Shown here in pieces: positions 35,621 through 46,820 of a DNA stretch of 64,000 nt. The DNA comes from Catajapyx aquilonaris (Eukaryota). The position numbers and the translations under genes were made by a program. Where the stretch lies: assembly GCA_000934665.2 (NCBI GenBank), contig JYFJ02001380.1:1-64000 (forward strand), given 5' to 3'. Within the stretch, counting starts at the first letter, position 1. The number at the start of each line of letters is the position of its first letter. The notes under the pieces were generated by a model. The model saw nothing but the letters and a program-made list of their open reading frames with translations. It searched no databases and was not told where the DNA came from.

Positions 35621-36419
35621 GGTTTAACTAATTGCAGCTTCGTCTATATTGATTCATAATAATTATACCGTATTGTTAGTTTCATCTGACAATAACATAA
35701 AGGCATAGCGATAAAATACCGTAGTCAGTTTTGCGATCAGATATTTTGCCTAATTATTACCCAATTGTTTAAGAATGAGCTCAATTCACTCATGTGAATT
35801 TGATGGAACCCTTGGTATTCATCAAGTGCTGCTCTGACAGGTACAATGAGGTAAGGCTCAATATCGTTATGTAACTCTCTGGCACCATGCATATGAGTCT
35901 GAGCTTTTAATATAACCAGCATTATTTTAAGCCAATGTCAGTTATTAATAAGGACTATTAAAGTAGGATTTTTCATTTCTTATCCCAAACGCATGTGAGC
36001 TTTCATATCAGTATCGTGTCTTATTCAAAGACGTTATCGGCAAGGTTATCGGCCTCATTTACCGTTGCTCAATGAGATAAAGTCTACTGGAATCGCGCTC
36101 ACGTGATTTACAAATTTGTTTAAAACAAGTTTTGAAATCAATTGTACTTTTTTTCTTTGAACATGGCACGTTATTTTGGGGAATCACGCATTATAAGAAT
36201 CTCCCCAAATATAATGTGATGATATACATTGACTCCAGATTCCTTCAATAAGACACGTAAGACTGTGTACGTATATACGTCATAATCCTACTTCCAGGTA
36301 GGAAATTATTCTGCTGTCGTGATATTATATGTCTAGTTGTAATTACAGTATAATTATGTGTAGTATTAGATTTGTTTAAATGTTCAGGTTAATGAAGGTT
36401 TGAATGGGATGAGTTGATA

Positions 36420-37001
36420 GCTGCATTGAGAGAATAATGGTGGATAAGTGTGCTTGTTTCGTACCAGAATACGCTTGGAGCCTGGTGGGCATGATGCTAG
36501 ATAATAAGTTACGCTTTGATGTTAATCTGGATGAGATTCACGCGGGACAAAGCGAACTACAACTCACCATGATGGGAATAGTCACTAATGTAAGGTATAC
36601 TCGGTTATTTACGAATCTCTGCGACGAGGTGTGATGAGATTCATTGAATTCGGATTCCTCCATTTCTACATCCAAGTACTCGAATACGAGTATAATAATG
36701 CTGGTGATGATTCCCTACATAGAAGAAAAAACAATATCCGATAGAAATGATTTAAAAGGACTCGAACTGCTCCACTTGAAGTCACCATTTCTCGCCCTGT
36801 GCGTCATTTGCATGCTTCCTATATGTGAAACCACAAATGCAGCGGGTCTTCGTGCAATTCTTTCTAAACAGTGCACACCTGTTAATCGTCATGTTATCGA
36901 CAAATCACCACGAAAGCCAGGCGTATCACTGTCGTACCTACTTGATGTAATACATCGAGCAGCAAAAAATCCCCAAACAAACCTATAGTATTTACATTGT
37001 G
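36420..37001 (+). pseudogene. IR 3' fragment (S2 to tail), duplicate of the 3' end of copy 57066
   Basis: AWSLVGMMLDN.LRFDVNLDEIHA is shared with 58410-58520. The downstream flank 37000-37440 matches 58990-59430. Confidence 0.85.
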
Positions 37002-38426
37002 ATGTTTAATTGAAGAAATGGAAAATAACTGTCGAATATAATCGTTCCCCGCGCAACTGTATTCAACGGGAATACGACCAATACAAGGCTATGTTGTTGA
37101 CAATCGTATCATATCCCATTATGTTACTCGTTAATGTAATCAATGCTGCTTTAATAAACACTCGATACATAATAATTATGGCAGGGTTTTATTCGATTGT
37201 AGATCTCATTGCAGATCAGTCAATCACCATGATGTTGGGGCATAGAATTTTAATATTGCATACCCAACCTAGACGTGTTCATGCGCTGTTGACAGGTCCG
37301 TTACTCTGCAAACCCACATTCACACTACAGCCATCCTTATCGCGTGATCTGACGACTATAGTGCAGAAAAGTTCAATACAATTATGTCACTGACTTACTA
37401 GTACTTCCGGTGGTATAAGTTACCTTTTTAAAAAATAATGCAACAAAGTACGACGCGTCTCTCGCAGCTTGACGCGTGCTGGGTGTACAGAGTGATTGTA
37501 TGATAGCCCAATGATTTCAGCAATAATATTTTAAAGATCAGTCCTCTTTAGCTTCTGGTACGAGTGACAATGATAAATGATCGATCCAAGGTGGACAGAG
37601 AGAGATTATTATAAATTATGTTCACATGATCATATTTTAGAATATATTGCGACTTTAACTCCACTTTCTGATGGTCGTAGCATTTTCCTTGAGAAAATGT
37701 AGCCTGGGCTCTCAATTTGACACGCTTTAATTAAGGTAGTGGGAGTATCTATCAATCATGCGTAGATATTGAAGTGGACTTTTTATTAATTATCCCAAAA
37801 GCCCTTGACATAATTATAAACTACAGGAAATCATTACAGAGGCCTGCACATTTATTCCATGTTCATGAGTTTTTAAATATCATGAATAACCAGTCTGTTA
37901 TAACCGAAAACAAGTCTACGTGTTTAACTAGGCCGTTATTTACAGATTCTATCGCCAATAATAAACAAGAGAAAAGAGAAATGACGAGTCGCGATTAGGT
38001 TATGACATAATGTGCTCAATAATGTCACAGGCCGATCGTTCTACTAGTTGAGATATCCTTCATAAATTTTAGGATTCAATCACCAATTTCTAAAATGTTA
38101 TTGTAATCGATATTCTGTTTGGCAACAAGCGTGAGGGCTATGAGATTATATTTGGCAGGGGTCTCAATATTATTGATGAAGTGAATTAAATGTTTAGCGA
38201 CATGTCACCTTGCCAGGTGTTTTATTCTTCTATTGTTGATAGACACTAACGCCTAAGATATTCACTCGATATGACGTCATTCTTGACGAGTCGTGATATA
38301 ATAATGACAGTATGGGAGCAAAACTATCACGTGCCAACGGTGGCTGAGTAAAACCAGACTCATTTAATAACATTTCCTGTTCATAAACATTGTCTGGCTG
38401 GCTTTCAGTCAGTGAAGCTAATAATA

Positions 38427-40358
38427 ATGCTATGTCAAGCTGTGCTCATTTCTCACATACTTTTGAGGACATCAGTTTTTGCAGAAGTGACAGTGACTTC
38501 GAAATCCCAAGTTGACATTGAACAAACTCTTTTGGCAAAAGTAGTGTCCAGGATGAGCCAGGAGAACACTCGACAGGCCAACTGCACCTTGGCCATCCTG
38601 CACGATGGACGAGTACTGGACAATGGTCTGGATCAACTGCCCACTCTGGTGAACACTTCTGTTGTGGTTGCTTCACTGGAGAAGAATCCGAAGAATGTGA
38701 ACGAAAGTGAATTGGTGATCCAGCAATCGGGGCAGTGCTTCTTGATTCTTGTTCACTCCAAACGTAACTTGCTTGCTGGTCAGCTAGTCCGCCAATTTGC
38801 TAATGGCCTGGGAAAATCACCCGTGACTTGATAGTCTACCACGTACGTGACATATATACTTTTGAAGCTTTGAACTGGGAATCTGAAAAATACAAATACA
38901 GAGTGGGTCTGGATAATTTGAGGGTAGAAAATGGGAACCTGAAATTTAGGTTACTGTCAGCGTGCTACTTCTGCCAAAAAGGAAAATACTCGGTCGAAGA
39001 ATTGTCTACAGAGGCGCCATTTGAAGACTTATACAAAGACAACACAGTGGATTTTGGCGGGATGGCAATTCACGTGGGGACTCCAGATTATCTTTTAAAC
39101 CTCTACATGGCGACGTACCTGCATTACGTACCGTTCACGTTACTAATATACGAGACCCGTGAGACGTTCCTCTACACTCATAACATGAAACCGATATATT
39201 AACATTAGATAACTCACAGACTTTCACCCACCCTTATCGAATAGACAGGATGTTAATTGTCACTAAAAACATTCTCCAACCATCATGACTTGGGCGGTTC
39301 TTCTATGTCCCTTCACCTGGCAGGTGACACTTCCTTTCGTGACTGTGATATTGGTACTCACCATACTGTTTTGCCATCTCTTAAAACCAGATCAAAGCAC
39401 TTCCAAGTATCACTTCCGTTTTGTCACCATCCTTGCCCTGAAGGTGTTCGCACCCCTTTTGTGCCAGTCCATCGAAATGAAAGACTTGAAACCTGCTGCG
39501 ACCTGGATCTTCTGCATGTGTTTCTTCTTCTGTGTCCTGATGTGCAACTTCTTCACTGCAGACATGATCGGACTATTTATGGACAAAACAGTTAAAAACG
39601 TGGATTCTCTGGAGGATCTTGTGGACATGGGCTACAAGTGGGGAGCAATTAAACAACACATGTCCTATTTTGATTCCTTGGCGAACGTGACCGAGATTGA
39701 ATTGGAAAAAGTGATCGTCAATGGGATGGAATACATCGATATGGAGGACTATTATTATCACGTCTCCATGTTAAAAGAATGCGTAAGGAGATTAATGGTG
39801 GAGAAATTTGCTTGCTTCGTACCAGAACACATGTGGAGCGTGGTGAGCCTGGTACAGTATCATTCTTCGAATGAATATCGTATTGATCAGATTCACGCGG
39901 TACAAAGCGAACTACCACTCGTGATGATTGGAATAGTCACTAAGGTACAGTACTCGGTAATTTACGAATCTCTGCAACGAGGTGTGATGAGATACATTGA
40001 CTGCGGAATATTTCATTACTACACATACGTCATAATCCAACTTTTCAAATATTTATATTTGCTGAAAGAACGAAAAACGATTTCATCCGATGGAAATAAT
40101 TTAAAAGGACTCGAAATGCTCCATTTGAAGTCGCCATTTCTCGCCCTGTGTGTTGGATTATCAGTGTCTTTGGCATGCTTCCTTTGCGAAGCTACAAGAG
40201 TGATTGATCTTCGTGCAAATCGTGCTAAACAATGCAAGCCCGTTAATCGACATTTTATCGACAAATCACCAGAAAAGATATGCATGTCACACTCGCACCG
40301 ATTAGATCCACAGCGAACAGCAAAGAATCCCGAAACAAACCTAGCATTTACATTTTGA
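38427..40358 (+). pseudogene. IR copy, frameshifted (~38810, ~39185)
   Basis: ORFs 38412..38831, 38828..39202 and 39285..40358 tile one paralogue closely related to copy 5. Confidence 0.87.
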
Positions 40359-40389
40359 TGGCTTATAATAATTAAAATGGAAAATGGAT

Positions 40390-40442
40390 GATGATGGAAT
40401 GATCCCCCTGGGGCATATGTCGAGGCCTCCGCCAGGTATTGA
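40390..40442 (-). mobile_element. ~50-bp insertion/indel, possibly the extreme 3' end of a non-LTR retroelement with an (ATC)n tail
   Basis: Absent from the paralogous site at ~30718 (atggaaaatggatatttgcatcggg). GC-rich, with a (gat)n end. Confidence 0.4.
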
Positions 40443-40796
40443 TTTGCATCGGGAAAGTACAGACACACGTTCGTTTTGATGTTTACATTAATGTACTAGC
40501 AAATGCCATGAGTTATGTAATCATATCATACATCACTCCTGTGGCAATGGGTCAATAAAATGTTTCTCAACCTGCACCCATGCTATGCATTTCATTATTC
40601 ATCCACTGACAGACACTAAGTCCTGAGAAATCAAGGATATGCGGGGAAATCATATATCTAATATTCTTGACGAGTCGTGATGTAATGATGATTGCATGTG
40701 CGCAAGACTGTCACGAACCAAGTGGGCAGTCCACACCTTGAGTTGACTCATATTGGCATACACTTTGTGGCACTCGCAGTCTATCCAGCCATTAAT

Positions 40797-42662
40797 ATGT
40801 GCTGGAAAGTTGTATTCATTACATATTTTCTTTTGTGGACAATTTCTGCCGAATGGACAATGACTGCAAAATCAGAGGATGAAAGTGAAGAGACACTCTT
40901 GGCACAAGTAGTGTCCCGGATGAGCCAGGAGAACACTCGACTGGTCAACTGCACCTTGGCCATCCTGCACGATGGACGAGTGCTGGACAATGGTCTGGAG
41001 AAACTAATCACTGGTGTGGACGTCCCAGTGGTGGTTGCTTCACTGGAGGAGAATCTGAAGAGTGTGGACGAAAGTGAATTGGTGATCCAGCAATCGGGGC
41101 AGTGCTTCTTGATTCTTGTTCATTCCAAATACGAATATTTTCGTGCGTTACTTGAACAATTATTTGATTCGCTGAGAAAGTGGAAAATAACTCGCGACTA
41201 CATCATTTTCCACATTAGTGACGGGTATCTTCATGAAGCATTAGGATGGGAATCTGCAGAATACAAGTACAGAGTGGGTGTGGATGATCTGAAGATGGAA
41301 AGTGGCAACCTCACATTTCGGTTGTTGTCAGCGTGCTACTTCTGCCAGGCAGGACAATACTCCGTTGAAGAATCGCATAATGTCACTTCATTTGAAGACT
41401 TGTTCACTGACACAACAATGGACTTTCGTGGGAGAGTCATTCAGGTGGATAATGTAGAAGATGATTTGAACTTCTACATGGAGGAATACCTGCATTATGT
41501 AGCAGAAGAAAACGATGATGCATATGAAGAGGACCTATACGCTCACTGCCAAAGTGAAGCAATACTGGTTAATTACACTATAACTTACACACACCCTTAT
41601 CGAATGGAAGGCATGATGATTGTTACCAAGAAAATCACACCAACCATGTCTTGGGCTGTGCTTCTCTTTCCTTTTTCTTGGCAGGTGACAATTCCCTTCG
41701 TGACCCTGATATTGATAATCACCGCAGTGTTTTTCCACCTCTCGAAACCAGGCCAAAGGACCTCTACGTATCATTCCAGTTTTTTCACCGTCCTTGCTCT
41801 TAAGATGTACCCACCCCTTTTGTGCCAGTCCATCGAAACGAAAGACTTGAAACCTGCTGCGACCTGGATCTTCTGCATGTATTCCTTCTTCTGCGTCCTG
41901 ATGTGCAACTTCTTCACTGCAGACATGGTCGGAATGTTTATGGACAAATCAATTAAAAATGTTGACACTCTGAGGGATCTTGTGGACATGGGATACAAGT
42001 GGGGTGGAAAGAAGAGCGACACATTTTACTTCGATCAATTTGTCAATGTCACTGGGATTGAAGTTGAAAAAATCATTGCCATTGGGATCGAGTACTATGA
42101 TATCGAGGATTATGATGAATTCATTGAAGAATGCCTTGGGAGAGCAAAGGTGGAGAAGTTTGCTTGCTTTGTATGTGAAGGAATTTTAGACGATTACATT
42201 GCATTAGGAAACATTAATCGATCTCAAATCAGATTTCCCCCTGATCAGCTTCATATGGTCCGAAGTTCACTGCCGCTTATGATGAACGGAATATCTCCCC
42301 GAATAGATTACTCGGTCACATTCGAATCTCTGCAACGAGGTGTGATGAGATACATTGACTTCGGAATATTTCAATACGACTACGATCTCAAGTACAAGCG
42401 GTACCAGGAAGTCCAGCAGATGGCTTGGTTCAAAGAGGAAAATAATACTTCTGAGGAAAATTCTGCGATTTTCCTGCAACTGCCTCACTTGCAATCGCCA
42501 TTTCACGCACTGTGTTTTGGATTGTGTCTCTCATTTGTAAGTTTTCTTTGCGAAACTACATATCTGCTGGGATTCCGTTCGATTTTCGATAAGCGTCACG
42601 GGCCTGCTAATTTGAAGGTACGCACCAAATTAACAGCCATCGGTGCCAGAAGAACTGAATAG
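40797..42662 (+). CDS. Divergent IR, full-length to M4, close duplicate of copy 6; tail frameshifted
   Basis: Shares ENDDAYEEDLYAHCQSEAILVNY with 31075..33000. NPDTNLIFAL remains out of frame at ~42688-42720. Confidence 0.85.
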   Translation: MCWKVVFITYFLLWTISAEWTMTAKSEDESEETLLAQVVSRMSQENTRLVNCTLAILHDGRVLDNGLEKLITGVDVPVVVASLEENLKSVDESELVIQQSGQCFLILVHSKYEYFRALLEQLFDSLRKWKITRDYIIFHISDGYLHEALGWESAEYKYRVGVDDLKMESGNLTFRLLSACYFCQAGQYSVEESHNVTSFEDLFTDTTMDFRGRVIQVDNVEDDLNFYMEEYLHYVAEENDDAYEEDLYAHCQSEAILVNYTITYTHPYRMEGMMIVTKKITPTMSWAVLLFPFSWQVTIPFVTLILIITAVFFHLSKPGQRTSTYHSSFFTVLALKMYPPLLCQSIETKDLKPAATWIFCMYSFFCVLMCNFFTADMVGMFMDKSIKNVDTLRDLVDMGYKWGGKKSDTFYFDQFVNVTGIEVEKIIAIGIEYYDIEDYDEFIEECLGRAKVEKFACFVCEGILDDYIALGNINRSQIRFPPDQLHMVRSSLPLMMNGISPRIDYSVTFESLQRGVMRYIDFGIFQYDYDLKYKRYQEVQQMAWFKEENNTSEENSAIFLQLPHLQSPFHALCFGLCLSFVSFLCETTYLLGFRSIFDKRHGPANLKVRTKLTAIGARRTE

Positions 42663-43418
42663 ATACAACATGCAGTGTGGTCCAATAAATCCTGACACAA
42701 ACTTGATATTCGCACTGTGATGTTCACATATTTTTAGCGCTTGTGTTTTCAGAAACAGTCAGACCTATTTTCTCAGGTGTCACAATATTTATTCAGCCAG
42801 TCAATAAGATGTTTACCAACATGCACCCTGGCTAGGTGTTTCACTATTCTGATTGTCAACAAATTCTATCGCCTAGTAAACAAGGGAAATGGCGAATGAC
42901 GAGTCGCAATGTCGTAATGACAATGTGCTCAATAATGTCACAATACCGGATGATCGGTCCGCAGCTTCACCAGAACTAAACCTAACTCACTTAGAACCAC
43001 TTGCTGTTCGTAAATATTATTATTAAAAATCTTAAGATTAAATCATCAATTATTTCTAAAATGTTATTGTAATCAGCAATCTGTTTGGCAAAAAGCGTGA
43101 GAGCTATGAGATTTCATTTGGCAAGGGACTAAATTATTATTGAAGAAATGAATTAAATGTTTAGCGACATGCCACGTTGCTAGGTGTTTTATTATTCTGT
43201 TGTTGATAGACACTAACGCATAAGAAATTCACGAGATATGGCGTAATCCTAAGATTCTTGACGAGTCGTGATATAATAATGACAGTACGTGGCGCAAAAC
43301 TATCACGGGCCAACGGTGTAGTACAGTCCACACCTTGAGCAGAGTAAAACCAGACTCATTTAATAACATTTCCAGTTCATAAACATTGTCTGGCTTTCAG
43401 TCAGTTAAGCTAAAAATA

Positions 43419-45347
43419 ATGCTATGTCAAGCTGTGTTAATTTCTCACATACTTTTGAGGACAGTTTTTTCTGAAGTGACAGTGACTACGAAATCCCAAG
43501 TTGAGATTGAACAAACGCTTTTGGCACAAGTAGTGTCCAGGATGAGCCAGGAGAACACTCGACTGGTCAACTGCACCTTGGCCATCCTGCACGATGGACG
43601 AGTACTGGACAATGGTCTGGAGAAACTCATCACTGGTGTGGACGTCCCAGTGGTGGTTGCTTCACTGGAGGAGAATCCGAAGAGTGTGAACGAGAGGAAA
43701 TTGGTGATCCAGCAATCGGGGCAGTGCTTCTTGATTCTAGTCCACTCCAAACATAACTTGCTTGATCAGCTAGTCCGCCAATTTGCTAATGGTCTGAGAC
43801 ATGGGAAAATCACCCGTGATTTGATTGTCTACCGCGTACGTGACAGATATACTTTTGAAGCTTTGAACTGGGAATCTGAAAAATACAAATACAGAGTGGG
43901 TCTGGATAATTTGAGGGTAGAAAATGGGAACCTGAAATTTCGGTTACTGTCAGCGTGCTACTTCTGCCAAAAAGGAAAATACTCGGTCGAAGAATTGTCT
44001 GCAGAGGCGCCATATGAAGACTTATACAAAGACAACATAGTGGATTTTGGCGGGAGGGCAATTCACGTGGAGACTCCAGATTTCTTTTTAAACCCCTACT
44101 TGCAACAATACCTGCATTATGTAATTATATATAATTATGTGATGTACGAAACCCGTGAGCTGTACCTCTACACTCACGAACATGAAATCGATATATTAAC
44201 ATTAGACAACTCACAGACATTCACCCACCCTTATCGAATGGACAAGATGTTAATTCTCACTAAAAAACATTTTCCAACCATGACTTGGGCAGTGCTTCTC
44301 TGTCCATTCACCTGGCAGGTGACACTTCCTTTCGTGACTATGATATTGGTAATCACAGCAGTGTTTTGCCATCTCTTAAAACCTCGCCAAAACACTTCCA
44401 AGTATCACTTCAGTTTTGTCACCACCCTTGCCCTGAAGGTGTACCCACCCCTTTTCTGCCAATCCATCAAAATCAGAGACATGAGACCTGCTGCGACCTG
44501 GCTATTCTGCATGTATTTCTTCTTCTGTGTCCTGATGTGCAACTTCTTCACTTCCGATATGATCGGACTATTCATGGAAAAAGAAGTGAAAAACGCGGAT
44601 TCTCTGGAGGATCTTGTGGACATGGGCTTCAAGTGGGGAACAATTAAACAGTACAGGTCTTATTTTGATTCCTTTGCGAACGTTACAGAGATTGAATTGG
44701 AAAAAGTGATCGTCAATGGGATGGAATACTCATACGATATGGCGGACTATGGAGACTTCTTGTTAGAATGCTTTAGGAGAGTAATGGTGGAGAAGTTTGC
44801 TTGCTTCGTACCAGAAAGAGTCTGGAACTTGATGTGCTTGATACAGTGTCATCATTCTGCGGATGAATATAATATTGACCAGATTCACGCAGTACAAAGC
44901 GAACTACCACTCATGATGATGGGAATAGTCACTAAGGCAAAGTACTCGGTTATATACGAATCTCTGCAGCGAGGTGTGATGCAATACATTGACTGCGGAT
45001 TCCTTCATTACTACACGTACGTCATCATCCAACAATTGAAAAATTTATATCAGATGATGTCATTCAAGGAGCGAAAAATGTCATCCGATGGAAATAATTT
45101 AAAAGGACTCGAACTTCTCCAATTGAAATCACCATTTCTCGCCCTGTGTGTTGGATTATCTGTGTCTCTGGCATGCTTCCTTTGCGAAGCGAAAAACGTG
45201 ATGGATCTTCGTGCAATTCGTGCTAAACAATGCACGCCTGTTAATCGACATTTTATCGATAAATTACCAGAAAAGATAGGCGTGTCACACTCGTACCGAT
45301 CCGATGTACAGCGAACAGCAAAGAATCCCGAAACAAACCTACAGTAG
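43419..45347 (+). CDS. Divergent IR, 642 aa; last residues lost to a 5-bp insertion
   Basis: Full architecture, related to copy 4, ending NPETNLQ*. Confidence 0.85.
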   Translation: MLCQAVLISHILLRTVFSEVTVTTKSQVEIEQTLLAQVVSRMSQENTRLVNCTLAILHDGRVLDNGLEKLITGVDVPVVVASLEENPKSVNERKLVIQQSGQCFLILVHSKHNLLDQLVRQFANGLRHGKITRDLIVYRVRDRYTFEALNWESEKYKYRVGLDNLRVENGNLKFRLLSACYFCQKGKYSVEELSAEAPYEDLYKDNIVDFGGRAIHVETPDFFLNPYLQQYLHYVIIYNYVMYETRELYLYTHEHEIDILTLDNSQTFTHPYRMDKMLILTKKHFPTMTWAVLLCPFTWQVTLPFVTMILVITAVFCHLLKPRQNTSKYHFSFVTTLALKVYPPLFCQSIKIRDMRPAATWLFCMYFFFCVLMCNFFTSDMIGLFMEKEVKNADSLEDLVDMGFKWGTIKQYRSYFDSFANVTEIELEKVIVNGMEYSYDMADYGDFLLECFRRVMVEKFACFVPERVWNLMCLIQCHHSADEYNIDQIHAVQSELPLMMMGIVTKAKYSVIYESLQRGVMQYIDCGFLHYYTYVIIQQLKNLYQMMSFKERKMSSDGNNLKGLELLQLKSPFLALCVGLSVSLACFLCEAKNVMDLRAIRAKQCTPVNRHFIDKLPEKIGVSHSYRSDVQRTAKNPETNLQ

Positions 45348-46820
45348 TATTTGCATTGTGATGGTTTCTATTTAAAAATGGAAAATCAATCGCCACGATT
45401 TCGTTTCCCACTCAACTCTTCATACAATGGGAATTCCGCCCATTACGGTAGTACTAAGTCTTAGAGACTCCTACTAAATAGTAGTCTAGGAGTATTTTTA
45501 TTTTGGTTTCACCTCAAAAACTCCCTAAGTTTCATCAAGCCTTACCAAAAACATAGTGTAATACAGAGTTTTTGGTACTCGCTATAGACAAAGAAGTAGG
45601 GACGAGGTGAAATATATTGCAGCTGCATTATTGAGACTATTATTATCATATGATACCAAGAATTTTGTGTAATTACGAGTTGATGCCTCCATCATGATGG
45701 AAGGATATCGCGGAAACGAGCTGCTCTGACAAGTGCGGAATACTGTCATGTCACTCACTCATTCACGAGTCCCTGTGTGGGATTAATAAACACTCAAGAC
45801 ATACTGCAGGTGTTTAATGGATTGTAGATCTCTGTGCAGATACCTCAATCACCATGATGTTGGGGCATCGAATTTTAACATTTCAAACCCAACCTACATG
45901 TGTCCATGAGCTGTTGACAGGTCCATTACTCTGCAAACCCACATTCACATTTACACCCATATCTTCTCGCTTGATCTGACGACTATAGTCCGGAAAAGTT
46001 CAGTAGGGTTATGTCACTCACTTATTAGTCCTTCCGGTTTGTATAAATTACCTCCTTAAAATAGTGTAACAAAGGAGGGCTGCTGGGTATACAGTGTTAT
46101 TGGTATCATAATGATATCGACAATATTTTAAGGCTCAATCCTCTTCATCAGAAGTCACCAGTGATGATGATGTAAGTGATCGATCCAAGGTGGACAGAAA
46201 GAGCTGAATATTAATAATGTCAACGTTCACATTCAGTGTGATCTCATGGTCATATTTGGGAATGTATTGCGACTTTTACTCCACTTTCTGATTTTCGTAA
46301 TATTTTCATGAATAAAATGTCTGGGCTCTCAATTTGACACGCTTTTAAGGCAGTGGGCATCAATCATGCGTCGATATTAGAGAGGAATATTTTATTACTT
46401 ATCCTAAAAGCATTTTGACAGGTAACCTATATCGAAATCATTACATAGGCCTGCACATTTTACTCCGTGTGCAGAGTACGGCACATATAAAATAGGTGCG
46501 TTCTTCGAGACAGTAGGGATATACTCTTTACCGTGGCAATATTGTGTAAGGATGTCCCATGAAATTATTAATTACCTCTTGAGTTGCACTTTCATAAGTT
46601 ATATATTATTATTGAGAGGTATATACAGCGGCGTAGTTTGCATTGTGTATTCAAGAGTTCATAGTCTAGTCCTATCTCTTAAGGAATCATTCAGCGTCCA
46701 TAATTTCAAATAAATAATATTGAGTGACGAATCAACTGGGCTGTTTACACTTTGAGCAGATCAACTCGCTGGGAATAAACACTCTCCGGATAGAAGGCAC
46801 CTAGCCAATTGTGGGAGGAC

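Noticed and set aside
16122..46820. GTG/TTG-initiated N-terminal extensions of IR ORFs in the ORF track
   Set aside because: In a eukaryotic locus the downstream ATG directly precedes a signal peptide and is positionally conserved; the extensions run through the promoter module.
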